Notes: a model not told the origin generated them from the letters alone. A stretch of DNA of 41,703 nucleotides from Thermoplasmata archaeon (GCA_030038885.1 JASHQY010000010.1:1-41703); one strand, 5' to 3'. Shown: positions 26,028 to 35,439, counted from the first letter of the stretch. Program-made: numbers and translations.

Positions 26028-26357
26028 CTACGACTTCATGATCGCGACCAGGAAGATCCCGATCGCGATCAGCGCGCCGATGACCGCCGCGATGATCACG
26101 AGGAACGACTCCCAGAGCAGCGATCCGAGCTGTCCGTGCTGCCCGCCGAGGGCCCCGCTGTGGTAGAAGTATCCCACGAGGATCCCGACGATCAGCCCGA
26201 TGACCAGGAGGGCGACGCCGATCGTTCGGCTCTTTCCGCTGCCGAAGTAGGCCGTGAACACCCCGGCCAGGATCAGGAACAGCCCGAAGACCAGGAGCAG
26301 GATCGTCAGGAACTGCCAGCCAGCGATCGCCACCGTGGACGCTACCAGATCGAACAT
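26028..26357 (-). CDS. small integral membrane protein (3-4 TM helices)
   Basis: 109-aa, strongly hydrophobic ORF. It begins 10 nt downstream of the Lrp-like gene on the same strand. Confidence 0.65.
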   Translation of the reverse strand: MFDLVASTVAIAGWQFLTILLLVFGLFLILAGVFTAYFGSGKSRTIGVALLVIGLIVGILVGYFYHSGALGGQHGQLGSLLWESFLVIIAAVIGALIAIGIFLVAIMKS

Positions 26358-26367
26358 TCTCTTCCCT

Positions 26368-26601
26368 TCAGAACTTGATGCCCGTGAGGGTCTTCGTGTC
26401 GATGACGCCCGGAACCGACCGGATCTTGTCGACGACCAGCTGACCCAGCGCGTTGAAATCCTCGGCCTCCACCTTCGCGATCAGGTCGTATTCACCGAAC
26501 AGCGGGTGGAGCTCGACGATCCCCTTCACTCGGAGGAGCTCCGTGTAGACCTCGTGCTCCTTTGCGGGTGCGGTGCTGATCAGGACGAAGCCGATAGCCA
26601 C
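26368..26601 (-). CDS. stand-alone Lrp/AsnC ligand-binding (RAM) domain protein
   Basis: VAIGFVLISTAPAKEHEVYTELLRVKGIVELHPLFGEYDLIAKVEAEDFNALGQLVVDKIRSVPGVIDTKTL. I chose GTG 26601. The track's TTG 26631 is only about 13 nt from the TATA-like CTTATTAA at 26641-26648. Confidence 0.8.
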   Translation of the reverse strand: MAIGFVLISTAPAKEHEVYTELLRVKGIVELHPLFGEYDLIAKVEAEDFNALGQLVVDKIRSVPGVIDTKTLTGIKF

Positions 26602-26751
26602 GCTCGAAACCCTCTCGATAGGCCGCGACAACGACCCCCCTTAATAAGCAATGCGATTCGCAGCGGCGCGCCGGGCGCCGCGGTCGAGGGCCGTGCGTCC
26701 AGTCCAGAGATTGTCGCTTAAGTAGGCCCCTCGTAGCGACGGGCTCGAACG

Positions 26752-28167
26752 ATGGCGATCTCCCTAGCGACCTGGCCGCGCCGGCTCGTCGCCCGGCCCT
26801 GGCTGCTCGCGTTCGTCCCGATCAACGCGGCGACCGCGGGGTTCGGGGTCCTCCTCCCGCTCCTGATCCTGATCCCGCTGCACGGGAGCTGGGCTGACGT
26901 CGCGCTCGCCGCGACCCTGTTCAACTCCGCGGTGATCCTCTCGTCGGTCGCCTGGGGCCACCTCGCCGACCGGTACCCCGGGCGGCGCGCGCTCCTCGTG
27001 GTGAACTACGGGGGCTACGCGCTCCTCTACCTCGGGCTGGCGCACATCGGCTCGCTCCCGCTCCTCTACGTGATCTACACGGCGATCGGGCTCGTCGCGC
27101 CCGCGGGAGCGAGCGCGTCGAACCTCCTGATCCTCGAGAAGTTTCCCGAGGTCGAGCGGGCGACGGCGTTCGCGTCGTTCCAGGAGATGAGCATGATCGG
27201 CTCGGTCGCCGGGCTGCTCGTGGGGTACTTCTGGACGGCCGCGAACGACGCGCTCCTGTCGCTCCTCTACGTCCTCGCGGCGCTGGCGGGCCTCAGCGCG
27301 ATCGCGCTCTGGGTCGCGATCCGGGAGGCGCCGCACCGGCTGACGACCGCCAGCATGGCGAGGCACCCCGAGAGCCTCGCGTCCCGCCTCCACATCTCCG
27401 CGTCGCTGCGGATCGCGATCCCGTTCTTCCCGAAGCGGCCCCACGTGGGCGCGGCGCCGCTCCGCCGATTCCGTCGCTGGGTCCGCGACGAGATGCACCA
27501 CGAGCTCCCGCTCGTGATGGGCGCGATCTTCCTGTTCAACCTCGCGTCGAACCTGTTCAACATCTCCTACACCCCGTACCTCTACTCGATCGGGCTCGGG
27601 GTCGCCGCGATCTTCCTCGTGAACTTCTCGAACAACTTCGCCCAGGTGCTCGCCTACCCGATCTCGGGCCGCCTCGCGAACCGCTTCGGGCCGGACGGGC
27701 TCGTCCGGGGGTCGACGTACGCCCGCAGCCTCGGCTACCTCGCGATCGCCGGGTTCACGTTCGCGATCCTCCTGCACGGGGCGGCGTTCACGGCGAACCT
27801 CCTCGCGTTCGGGGTCCTCGGGGGCTCGATCGCGATCTACACGACCGCGAGCTCGCTGATCCTCTTCCGGGGGCTCGAGGGCCGGGACGCGGGCGGCCTC
27901 CTCGGGGTCAACAGCTCGCTCGGCGGCGCCGCGGCGGTCCTGGGCGCGGCGCTCTCCGGCGTGCTCGCGGTCTACGGCAGCTATCGCCTCGTCTTTCTGG
28001 TCGCGGCCGGCGCGCTGCTCGCGTCGATCCCGCTGTGGACCGCCGCCGCACTCGCCTACCGCCGGCGCAAGCACCTCGTCGCGGCGGCCGTGGTGGTCGG
28101 AGCGTCCCGCGTGGCGGAGCCGTTCGCGGCCCGCCCGGAGGCGACCGCGAGCGCGAAACCCCATTAA
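26752..28167 (+). CDS. MFS-family transporter
   Basis: 471 aa with 12-14 hydrophobic segments and the MFS loop GHLADRYPGRR. The TATA-like GCTTAAGTAGG lies about 31 nt upstream. Confidence 0.85.
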   Translation: MAISLATWPRRLVARPWLLAFVPINAATAGFGVLLPLLILIPLHGSWADVALAATLFNSAVILSSVAWGHLADRYPGRRALLVVNYGGYALLYLGLAHIGSLPLLYVIYTAIGLVAPAGASASNLLILEKFPEVERATAFASFQEMSMIGSVAGLLVGYFWTAANDALLSLLYVLAALAGLSAIALWVAIREAPHRLTTASMARHPESLASRLHISASLRIAIPFFPKRPHVGAAPLRRFRRWVRDEMHHELPLVMGAIFLFNLASNLFNISYTPYLYSIGLGVAAIFLVNFSNNFAQVLAYPISGRLANRFGPDGLVRGSTYARSLGYLAIAGFTFAILLHGAAFTANLLAFGVLGGSIAIYTTASSLILFRGLEGRDAGGLLGVNSSLGGAAAVLGAALSGVLAVYGSYRLVFLVAAGALLASIPLWTAAALAYRRRKHLVAAAVVVGASRVAEPFAARPEATASAKPH

Positions 28168-28202
28168 GCCGCGACCTCCTCGCGGGGCGGAGGGGCGCGG
28201 GC

Positions 28203-29336
28203 GTGGTGGCGGTTCCGGCGGTGTCGCGGGGCCTCGAGGATGTGGTCGCCCTCGAGTCCCGGATCTGCTTCATCGACGGCGTGCGGGGCCGCCTGATCTA
28301 CCAGGGTTACGACATCCGCGACCTCGCGGCGCACTCGTCGTTCGAGGAGGTCGCCTACCTCCTCTGGTACGGTCGCCTTCCGACGGCCCCCCAGCTCGCG
28401 GAGCTGCGCGGGCGGCTCGGCGCGCTGCGCGCGCTGCCGCCCGAGCTCGTCCGTCAGATCGATTCGATGCCGGTCGGGAGCACCCCGATGGACGTGCTGC
28501 GCACGAGCGTGAGCGCGCTCGCGATGTTCGAGCCGAGCGAGACCGGGCCGGGCGCGAGCTCGATCGGGGGCGCCCAGCGCCTGACCGCCGTGATCCCGAC
28601 GATCCTCGCGACGTTCCACCGCCGCCGCGCCGGGCTCCCGCCGCTCCGCGAGCGGCCGGACCTCTCCCCGGCGGCGTACCTCCTCTACGCCCTGGTCGAC
28701 CGGGAGCCGACGGAGCTCGAGGCGCGGGCGATGGACGTCGCGCTGATCCTCCACGCGGACCACGAGCTCAATGCCTCGACCTTCGCCGCCCGCGTGACCG
28801 CGTCGACGCTCTCGGACCTCTACAGCGCGGTGACGAGCGCGATCGGCACGCTCAAGGGACCGCTCCACGGAGGGGCGAACGAGCGGGTCATGGAGCTGCT
28901 CGCCGCGATCGGCACTCCCGAGCTCGCGGAGACCGTCGTGAAGGAGCGGCTCGCGAAGCACGAGCGGATCATGGGCTTCGGCCACCGGGTGTACAAGGTC
29001 GAGGACCCGCGCGCGACGATCCTACGCGAGTGGTCGAAGAAGATCGGCGAGGCGAAGGGAAACCTCCGCTACTACGAGCTCCTGCGCAAGGTCGAGGAGA
29101 TCGTCCACCGCGAGAAGGGGCTCTACCCCAACGTCGACCTCTACTCCGGCTCGGTCTACTCGCTGCTCGGGATCTCCCACGACCTGTTCACGCCGATCTT
29201 CGCCGCGAGCCGGGTCTCGGGGTGGACGGCCCACGTGCTCGAGGAATACCAGGACCTCCGCCTGATCCGCCCGACCGCGCGGTACATCGGCGCGACCGAT
29301 CTTGCGTACCTCCCGCTCGCTCAGCGGACCGGGTAA
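28203..29336 (+). CDS. gltA: citrate synthase
   Basis: Blocks: GLEDVVALESRICFIDGVRGRLIYQGYDI, LILHADHELNASTF, GPLHGGANE, GFGHRVYKVEDPRA. I chose GTG 28203, just after the MFS stop. Confidence 0.92.
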   Translation: MVAVPAVSRGLEDVVALESRICFIDGVRGRLIYQGYDIRDLAAHSSFEEVAYLLWYGRLPTAPQLAELRGRLGALRALPPELVRQIDSMPVGSTPMDVLRTSVSALAMFEPSETGPGASSIGGAQRLTAVIPTILATFHRRRAGLPPLRERPDLSPAAYLLYALVDREPTELEARAMDVALILHADHELNASTFAARVTASTLSDLYSAVTSAIGTLKGPLHGGANERVMELLAAIGTPELAETVVKERLAKHERIMGFGHRVYKVEDPRATILREWSKKIGEAKGNLRYYELLRKVEEIVHREKGLYPNVDLYSGSVYSLLGISHDLFTPIFAASRVSGWTAHVLEEYQDLRLIRPTARYIGATDLAYLPLAQRTG

Positions 29337-29755
29337 CGCCCCCGCCGGCGCCGGGGCGCTCCCCGAGCGCGCGGCGCGGTAGCGACCCGCACGACGCTCA
29401 TCAACGGATAGCGCAGGTCCGGCCGGTGGGCCAGACGCGCCGTGACCTCCTCGGGCCCGTCCCGCAGGCGGACGGTCACCTCGAGCATCTCGGGCGTCAG
29501 GTAGTGGTAGGCGAACCGGCCCCGGCCGGCGGGTCCCGCGCGGGTCGGATCGATCGTCGCGCGCACGTCGACGACGTACGGCTGGAGCGCGACCGCCCGC
29601 GCGATCGTCCGGGCGACCGCGGGGGCGGTGCGCGCGGAGACCGGCATCCCGAAGTACTGGTGGAACACGCCGCCGAGCTTCACGCCGGCCTCGAACAGGA
29701 GGGCCTCCCGGCGGGAGAGCCGCGCGGCGTGGATTCGGAGGGGGCGGCTCGGCAT
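29321..29755 (-). CDS. conserved archaeal protein, possibly an MptD-type dihydroneopterin aldolase (COG2098/DUF372)
   Basis: REALLFEAGVKLGGVFHQYFGMPVS resembles the block I recall from the MJ0408 family. The assignment is from memory only. ATG 29755 lies 3 nt after the pssA stop. Confidence 0.6.
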   Translation of the reverse strand: MPSRPLRIHAARLSRREALLFEAGVKLGGVFHQYFGMPVSARTAPAVARTIARAVALQPYVVDVRATIDPTRAGPAGRGRFAYHYLTPEMLEVTVRLRDGPEEVTARLAHRPDLRYPLMSVVRVATAPRARGAPRRRRGRYPVR

Positions 29756-29758
29756 CGC

Positions 29759-30514
29759 TCAGCTCGCGGCCGCGGGGAACGGTCGGCGGTCGACGGTGAA
29801 CGGTCCGAGGACGTAGTACGAGGCGACCCCGACGAGCATCGAGTACGCGGCCCCGAGCGCGAGAAGGTAGGCGACGGAGCCGGCCGCCGGGTGGAACTGC
29901 AGGAGCACGAGCGCGATCGCGGCCGCGGCCCCGGTGACCGCCATCGGCGCCCGGAGGATCGACCCGGCCCGGATCTTCGGATACGGCACCGGCACGACCA
30001 TGAGGACCGCGATGATCGCGGTGCCGATCAGCACGCCGATCGGCTGCACGGACTGGAACGCCGGCGTGTCGTGGAAGAGGAGCGCGACGATCACCGCGAG
30101 CGCGGCCTGCGGCGTCGGGACGCCGAGGAAGTACTTCCGCTGGAACCCCCGGGCCGTGAAGTAGACGAGCCGGCCGATCGCCGCCGCCACGTACGCCGCG
30201 GCGAGCGCGACCGCGAACGGCTCCCACGGGGACCAGAGCGCCGGGTTCGAGGTGTGCACGGCGATCAGGAACCCGGGCGCGAGCCCGAACGTGATCGCGT
30301 CCGCGATCGAATCGGCATAGCGGCCGAACGCGGACGGCGGTCGGGGGCTGCGGCGGGAGAGGAGCCCGTCGAGCCCGTCGAACCCGATCGCCGCGACGAT
30401 CAGGAACATCGCCCAGAGCTTGTTGCCGGCGAGGACGTAGAGGATCGCCCCGACGCCGAGGAGCGCGTTCGCGAGGGTCGCGAGGTTCGCCGCGATCCGC
30501 CAGCGGTCGGTCAC
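29759..30514 (-). CDS. pssA: CDP-alcohol phosphatidyltransferase (archaetidylserine synthase-like)
   Basis: Motif DGLDGLLSRR...G.YADSIADAITF (D-G-x2-A/S-R...G-x3-D-x3-D), multi-TM protein. GTG 30514 overlaps the asd stop (GTGA). Confidence 0.85.
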   Translation of the reverse strand: MTDRWRIAANLATLANALLGVGAILYVLAGNKLWAMFLIVAAIGFDGLDGLLSRRSPRPPSAFGRYADSIADAITFGLAPGFLIAVHTSNPALWSPWEPFAVALAAAYVAAAIGRLVYFTARGFQRKYFLGVPTPQAALAVIVALLFHDTPAFQSVQPIGVLIGTAIIAVLMVVPVPYPKIRAGSILRAPMAVTGAAAAIALVLLQFHPAAGSVAYLLALGAAYSMLVGVASYYVLGPFTVDRRPFPAAAS

Positions 30515-31137
30515 GGGGACTCCCGGGCGATCGGCGTCTCGCCGGCCCGGACCCGGTCCCCGACCGAGACCGTCGGCGTGGTCGTGGCGGCCGGGAGGAG
30601 GACGTCGACGCGGGACCCGAGCACGATCATCCCGAACCGGTCGCCCTTCTTCCCCTCGCTGCCCGGGCGGACGAACGAGACCAGACGGCGCGCGACGAGG
30701 CCGGTCATCTGGACGACCTCCACCGGACCGAGCGGGGTCTCGAGCCGATAGGACCGGCGGACGTTGTGGTCGGCCTCGGGCCGGTACGCCGGACGGTACC
30801 CCGCCCCCGTGTCCCCGACCGCCGCGACCCGGGCGTCGAGCGGGAGGCGGTTCACGTGGACGTCGGTCACGTTCATGAACACCGAGACCCGCCATCGGTC
30901 CCCCTCGCGCACGACCGCGCGGACCCGTCCGTCCGCCGACGCGACGACCCCCGGGCCCGGGGTCCGCTCCGGGTCCCGGAAGAAGGCCGCGAGGAAGGCC
31001 CAGACCGCGCCCGCCGCGAGGAGCGCGCCGAGCGCGACCCACCGGTCCGGCACGACCCCGACGCCGATCGCGACCGCGACGAGCCCGAGGACGATCGCCG
31101 CCGCCCCGAGCGGTCGGCCCGCGCCCGGGGCGAACAC
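30511..31137 (-). CDS. asd: archaetidylserine (phosphatidylserine) decarboxylase proenzyme
   Basis: Blocks: FFRDPERTP, ASADGRV, VFMNVTDVHVNR, and the self-cleavage-type FGMIVLGSRVDVLLP (G-S). The GTG start lies 6 nt after the rps10 stop. Confidence 0.85.
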   Translation of the reverse strand: MFAPGAGRPLGAAAIVLGLVAVAIGVGVVPDRWVALGALLAAGAVWAFLAAFFRDPERTPGPGVVASADGRVRAVVREGDRWRVSVFMNVTDVHVNRLPLDARVAAVGDTGAGYRPAYRPEADHNVRRSYRLETPLGPVEVVQMTGLVARRLVSFVRPGSEGKKGDRFGMIVLGSRVDVLLPAATTTPTVSVGDRVRAGETPIARESP

Positions 31138-31143
31138 GCGCGC

Positions 31144-31452
31144 CTATCCGGTGAGGACGATCTCGATGTTGACGCCGTCCGGCACCTGGATCCGCATGAC
31201 CTGCCGGAGCGCGCGCTCGTCCGCGTCGATGTCGATCAGCCGCTTGTGGATCCGCATCTCCCAGTGGTCGATCGTGCTCGTGCCGCCGCCGTCCGGCCCC
31301 TTGCGCACGGGGACGCGCAGCTTCTTCGTCGGCAGCGGGATCGGGCCCGCGATCGCGACCCCGGTCTTCGAGGAGATCTCCCGGATCTGCTTGCAGATCG
31401 AGTCGACCTTGTGCGAGTCGGTCCCGCTCAGGGAGATCCGGGCCTTCTGCAT
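31144..31452 (-). CDS. rps10: 30S ribosomal protein S10 (uS10)
   Basis: [58 protein letters not shown]...[13 protein letters not shown]. Confidence 0.95.
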   Translation of the reverse strand: MQKARISLSGTDSHKVDSICKQIREISSKTGVAIAGPIPLPTKKLRVPVRKGPDGGGTSTIDHWEMRIHKRLIDIDADERALRQVMRIQVPDGVNIEIVLTG

Positions 31453-31489
31453 CGGTCGCCCGTCCTCCGCTCGCGCGCGTCCCGCGGCG

Positions 31490-32770
31490 CTACTGGGCGC
31501 GCTTCTTGACGTCGACGACGACGCCCGCCGCGACCGTCTGGCCCATGTCCCGGACGGCGAACCGGCCGAGCTGGGGGAACTCCTTGTACTTCTCGATCAC
31601 GAGCGGTCGCTTCGGGGTGATCACGACGACCGCGGCGTCGCCGGTCTTGAGGGTCTGCGGGTTCTCCTCCGCGACCTGGCCGGTCTTCGGGTCGAGGCGC
31701 TTCAGGATCTGGGTGAACTCGCACGCGACCTGGGCGGTGTGGGCGTGGAAGACCGGCGTGTAGCCGACCGTCAGCACGCTCGGGTGGTTCAGCACCTGGA
31801 TGTTCGCGGTGAAGCTCTCGACGACGGTCGGCGGGTTCGACACCGGCCCCGCGACGTCGCCGCGCCGGATGTCGTTCTTGTCAATCCCGCGCACGTTGAA
31901 CCCGACGTTGTCGCCGGGCTGGGCCTCCGCCACGGCCTCGTGGTGCATCTCGATCGACTTCACTTCGCCCGACTTCCCGCTGGGCAGGAAGATGATCTTG
32001 TCGCCGACCTTCAGCGTGCCGGTCTCGACCCGGCCGACCGGGACCGTGCCGATGCCGGTGATCGTGTAGACGTCCTGGACCGGCAGGCGCAGGGGCTTTC
32101 CCGTCGCCTTCTCGGGGACCTTCAGGTTGTCGAGCGCCTGGAGGAGCGTAGGGCCCTTGTACCAGGGCATGTTCGGGCTCGCCTTGTTGATGTTGTCGTC
32201 CTTGAACGCGGAGGTCGGGACGAAGACGACCTGTTCGGCGACCTTGTAGCCGACGTTCTTCAGGAGCTTCGTCAGCTCGTCCTTGACCTCGTCGTACTTC
32301 GCCTCGGAGTAGTTGACCTCCTGGCGGTCCATCTTGTTGATCGCGCAGATCAGCTGGCTCACGCCCAGCGTCCGCGAGAGGAAGATGTGTTCGCGGGTCT
32401 GCTCCTGGACGCCCTCCGCCGCGGAGACGACCAGCACGGCCGCGTCGGCCTGGCTGGTCCCGGTGATCATGTTCTTGACGAAGTCGCGGTGGCCGGGCGC
32501 GTCGATGATCGTGAAGTAGTACTTCTGGGTGTCAAAGCGGCGGTGCGCGATGTCGATCGTGACCCCGCGCTCGCGCTCCTCCTTGAGCTCGTCCATCACC
32601 CAAGCGAACTCGAACGTCGCCTTGCCCTTCGCCTCCGCCTCGGCCCGGAACTTGTCGATCTCCTCCTGGCGGATGACCCCGGTGTCGAGCAGCAGTCGAC
32701 CGACGGTCGTCGACTTGCCGTGGTCAACGTGGCCGATGAAGACGATGTTCAGGTGGGGCTTCTGTGCCAT
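31490..32770 (-). CDS. tuf: translation elongation factor EF-1 alpha
   Basis: Motifs: [21 protein letters not shown], and the full-length archaeal EF-1alpha pattern. Confidence 0.97.
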   Translation of the reverse strand: MAQKPHLNIVFIGHVDHGKSTTVGRLLLDTGVIRQEEIDKFRAEAEAKGKATFEFAWVMDELKEERERGVTIDIAHRRFDTQKYYFTIIDAPGHRDFVKNMITGTSQADAAVLVVSAAEGVQEQTREHIFLSRTLGVSQLICAINKMDRQEVNYSEAKYDEVKDELTKLLKNVGYKVAEQVVFVPTSAFKDDNINKASPNMPWYKGPTLLQALDNLKVPEKATGKPLRLPVQDVYTITGIGTVPVGRVETGTLKVGDKIIFLPSGKSGEVKSIEMHHEAVAEAQPGDNVGFNVRGIDKNDIRRGDVAGPVSNPPTVVESFTANIQVLNHPSVLTVGYTPVFHAHTAQVACEFTQILKRLDPKTGQVAEENPQTLKTGDAAVVVITPKRPLVIEKYKEFPQLGRFAVRDMGQTVAAGVVVDVKKRAQ

Positions 32771-32804
32771 ACCGATGGGCTCCGCGCGCGCCCAAAAGGT
32801 ACCC

Positions 32805-32812
32805 CTATATAG
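32805..32812 (-). promoter_or_regulatory. TATA box (CTATATAG) about 38 nt upstream of the tuf ATG
   Basis: The only strongly AT-rich element in the 147-nt spacer upstream of tuf. Confidence 0.5.
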
Positions 32813-32917
32813 GCATTGTCTCGCGCTTCGCCGAGGGAAGCGCTCGCACGGGCCGCGAGTGCCGGGCGCGGCGCTCCGGACGGGCCGGACGCACCGCGCT
32901 CCGCGGAGCGCGCGCGC

Positions 32918-33313
32918 TCAGCCCTGCGGGTGCAGCGTGATCTCGTTCCCGTCCGGGTCCTCGATCGTCGCGTAGGAGCCCCACTCCTCCTTCGTCGGCG
33001 GCTGCGCGAACCGGACGCCGTTCGCGGCGAGCGCGGCACACCCCGCCGCGAAGTCCCCCGGGACCGTGAGCGCGATCCCGGTGTTCCCCTTCTCGAGCGG
33101 GATCGACGGGTCGAACTCGGACGTCTGGCAGAGGTGCAGCGCTCCGGCCTTGCCCTTGCGCCCGACCGTCACCCAATGCTCGTTCGATCGGATCACCTCG
33201 AGGCCGAGCGTCCGCGTGTACCACTCGACCGATCGCTTGCGGTCGGACACGACGACGGCGACGCTCGAGAACTCGATCTTCGGCAGTTTCGCTTCGTGCT
33301 GGGTAGCGGGCAT
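32918..33313 (-). CDS. VOC/glyoxalase-family protein
   Basis: 131 aa. Blocks: SVAVVVSDRKRSVEWYTRTLGLEV and ATIEDPDGNEITL. An 18-bp GC palindrome (32895-32912) lies just downstream of the stop. Confidence 0.8.
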   Translation of the reverse strand: MPATQHEAKLPKIEFSSVAVVVSDRKRSVEWYTRTLGLEVIRSNEHWVTVGRKGKAGALHLCQTSEFDPSIPLEKGNTGIALTVPGDFAAGCAALAANGVRFAQPPTKEEWGSYATIEDPDGNEITLHPQG

Positions 33314-33488
33314 CCGGGGTTCCTCGAAGGGTCGAGGTCGCGGAGCCTATTCAACTGCGCACGGGAGGGAACGAAACGGTTCGGCGGATGCCGTCCGGGG
33401 CCGGGGAGCGGGCCGTGCCCGCTCGGTCGAAATCCATTTAGCGCGGGAGCCGGTCCTGCGCCTCTACCGCCGCCCGAGGTTCTCCGAC

Positions 33489-33995
33489 GTGATCGATCCC
33501 GCGCCGCGCACGGTCGAGCAGAGCCGGGCGTCGGTCGTCCGCCTGACGATCCCGACCGATGCGAACTTCAGCGGGAACGTCTTCGGCGGCCAGCTGCTCG
33601 CCGAGGTCGACCGGGTCGCGTACATCACCGCGACCCGCCACGCTCAGACGAACTGCGTGACCGCGTCGTTCGACCGGGTCGACTTCCTGGCCCCGGTCCA
33701 CGTTGGGGAGGTCGTCGACTTCGATGCGCGGCTGACGTACGTCGGGCGCACCTCGATGGAAGTGTGGGTCCGGATCCGGGCCGAGCCGCTGCTGGGAGGG
33801 CCTTCCCAGCCGGTGGCCGAGGCCTACGTCACGATGGTCGCGGTCGGGCCGGACGGACGTCCGACGGCCGTGCCGGCGCTCGCGCTGACGTCCGACGCAG
33901 AGCGACAGCGATTCGACGACGGCCGGCGACGCACCGAGATCCGGCGCCGCGCCCGGGAGCGCGGTGGAGCGCAGGAGGGGCCCCGTGCTGTGTGA
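33489..33995 (+). CDS. acyl-CoA thioesterase (hotdog fold, YciA/COG1607-like)
   Basis: This is the C-terminal part of track ORF 33066..33995. Blocks: PTDANFSGNVFGGQLLAEVDRVAYITA...VTASFDRVDFLAPVHVGEVV. I chose GTG 33489. Confidence 0.75.
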   Translation: MIDPAPRTVEQSRASVVRLTIPTDANFSGNVFGGQLLAEVDRVAYITATRHAQTNCVTASFDRVDFLAPVHVGEVVDFDARLTYVGRTSMEVWVRIRAEPLLGGPSQPVAEAYVTMVAVGPDGRPTAVPALALTSDAERQRFDDGRRRTEIRRRARERGGAQEGPRAV

Positions 33996-34431
33996 GATGT
34001 GCGGGAAGGACGTGGCCACGACGAGCCGCGTGCGGATCGAGGGATCGGTCCTCCGGCTCTGCCCGGACTGCGCGCGGTTCGGGACCGTGCTCGACCCACC
34101 AACGGTCCCCGTCGCGGCCCCCGCGACGACCCGGGTCCCCGCCTTCTCGGGCGGGGCGTCGCGCGGAGGCGGTGGCCGCTCCCTCCAGGAGCGCGACCTC
34201 TACACGGAGATCGGCGAGCTCGAGCTCGCCCCGGACTGGCCGAAGCGGATCCGGCTCGCCCGGGAGGCGCTCAAGTGGACGCCGGAGGAGTTCGGCAAGA
34301 AGCTGAACGAGAAGAAGTCGGTCGTCCTCAAGCTCGAGTCCGGCGGGTTCCACCCGCCGGACGAGCTCGTGCGCCGCGTCGAGCGCCTCCTGAAGGTCCG
34401 ACTGCGCGCCGATCCGGCGGCGCCCGCGTGA
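33985..34431 (+). CDS. mbf1: archaeal multiprotein bridging factor 1 (Zn-ribbon plus HTH)
   Basis: N-terminal LCEMCGK...LCPDCARFG zinc ribbon and C-terminal cro/C1-type HTH (IRLAREALKWTPEEFGKKLNEKKSVVLKLESG). The start is GTG 33985 or GTG 33964. Confidence 0.85.
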   Translation: MLCEMCGKDVATTSRVRIEGSVLRLCPDCARFGTVLDPPTVPVAAPATTRVPAFSGGASRGGGGRSLQERDLYTEIGELELAPDWPKRIRLAREALKWTPEEFGKKLNEKKSVVLKLESGGFHPPDELVRRVERLLKVRLRADPAAPA

Positions 34432-34443
34432 GGTCCGTCGGTC

Positions 34444-35439
34444 CTAGCGTCCGCGGCGCGTGGGGGACCCGCGGCGGGGTCCGGGACGCAGGTACCGTTC
34501 GAGGATCGCCTTCTGCGCGTGCAGCCGGTTCTCGGCCTGGTCCCAGACCGCCGCGCGCGGCCCGTCGAGGACCTCGTCCGTGATCTCCTGGCCCCGCCGG
34601 GCCGGGAGGTCGTGCAGCACGAACGCGTCGGGGGCCGCCTCGGTGAGCAGCGCGGCGTTGATCTGGAATCCCTGGAACGCGGCCTCCCGCGCCGCCTGCT
34701 CCGCCTCCTCGCCCATCGAGACCCAGACGTCGGTGTAGAGCGCGTTCGCGCCCCGGGCGGCCTCGTGGGGGTCGTTCGTCAGCGAGATCTTCGCCCCCGA
34801 GGCGCGCGCGAGCCGCTCGGCCGCGGCGACGATGTCGGGCCGCGGAGCGTACTTCTCCGGGGTCGCGGCGACGACGTCGAGCCCGACGGCCGCCGCGCCG
34901 AGGAGGAGGGAGTGGAGGACGTTGTCGCCGTCCCCGATCCAGCCGAGCCGCCGGCCGCGGAACCGCCCCTTCCATCGCTCGTGCATCGTCAGGAGATCCG
35001 CGACGATCTGGCACGGATGCTCCCGGTCGTCGAGCGCGTTGATCACGGGGATCGTCGCCCACCGCGCGAGCTCGACCTCGTCGGCGTGCCGGAACGCTCG
35101 GTAGACGAGCGCGTCGCAGTAGCGCGAGAGCACGCGGGCGGTGTCGGCGATCGTCTCGCCGCGGCCGAGCTGCAGGTCGCGCGGCGAGAGATAGATCGAG
35201 TGGCCCCCGAGGTCGTGGATCGCGACCTCGAACGACGTCCGCGTCCGGGTGGACGGCTTCTCGAAGATCAGCCCGACGTTCGTGCCCGGCCGCGTCCCGC
35301 CGAGCCGGCCGCGCGTGCGTTCGGCCTTGAGCCGCTCGGCCCGGGCGAGGAGCGCGGGCAGGTCGCCGGCGATGTCCTCGAGCGAGAGCAGGTCCTTCGT
35401 CGTGCGGGCGGCGGTCACGCGGCGGGTCACGGGGCGCAC
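34444..35439 (-). CDS. argF: ornithine carbamoyltransferase-like transcarbamylase
   Basis: Motifs: STRTR, HPCQ, DVWVSMG. The usual HCLP motif reads HDLP here. Candidate GTG starts: 35439, 35430, 35418. Confidence 0.85.
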   Translation of the reverse strand: MRPVTRRVTAARTTKDLLSLEDIAGDLPALLARAERLKAERTRGRLGGTRPGTNVGLIFEKPSTRTRTSFEVAIHDLGGHSIYLSPRDLQLGRGETIADTARVLSRYCDALVYRAFRHADEVELARWATIPVINALDDREHPCQIVADLLTMHERWKGRFRGRRLGWIGDGDNVLHSLLLGAAAVGLDVVAATPEKYAPRPDIVAAAERLARASGAKISLTNDPHEAARGANALYTDVWVSMGEEAEQAAREAAFQGFQINAALLTEAAPDAFVLHDLPARRGQEITDEVLDGPRAAVWDQAENRLHAQKAILERYLRPGPRRGSPTRRGR

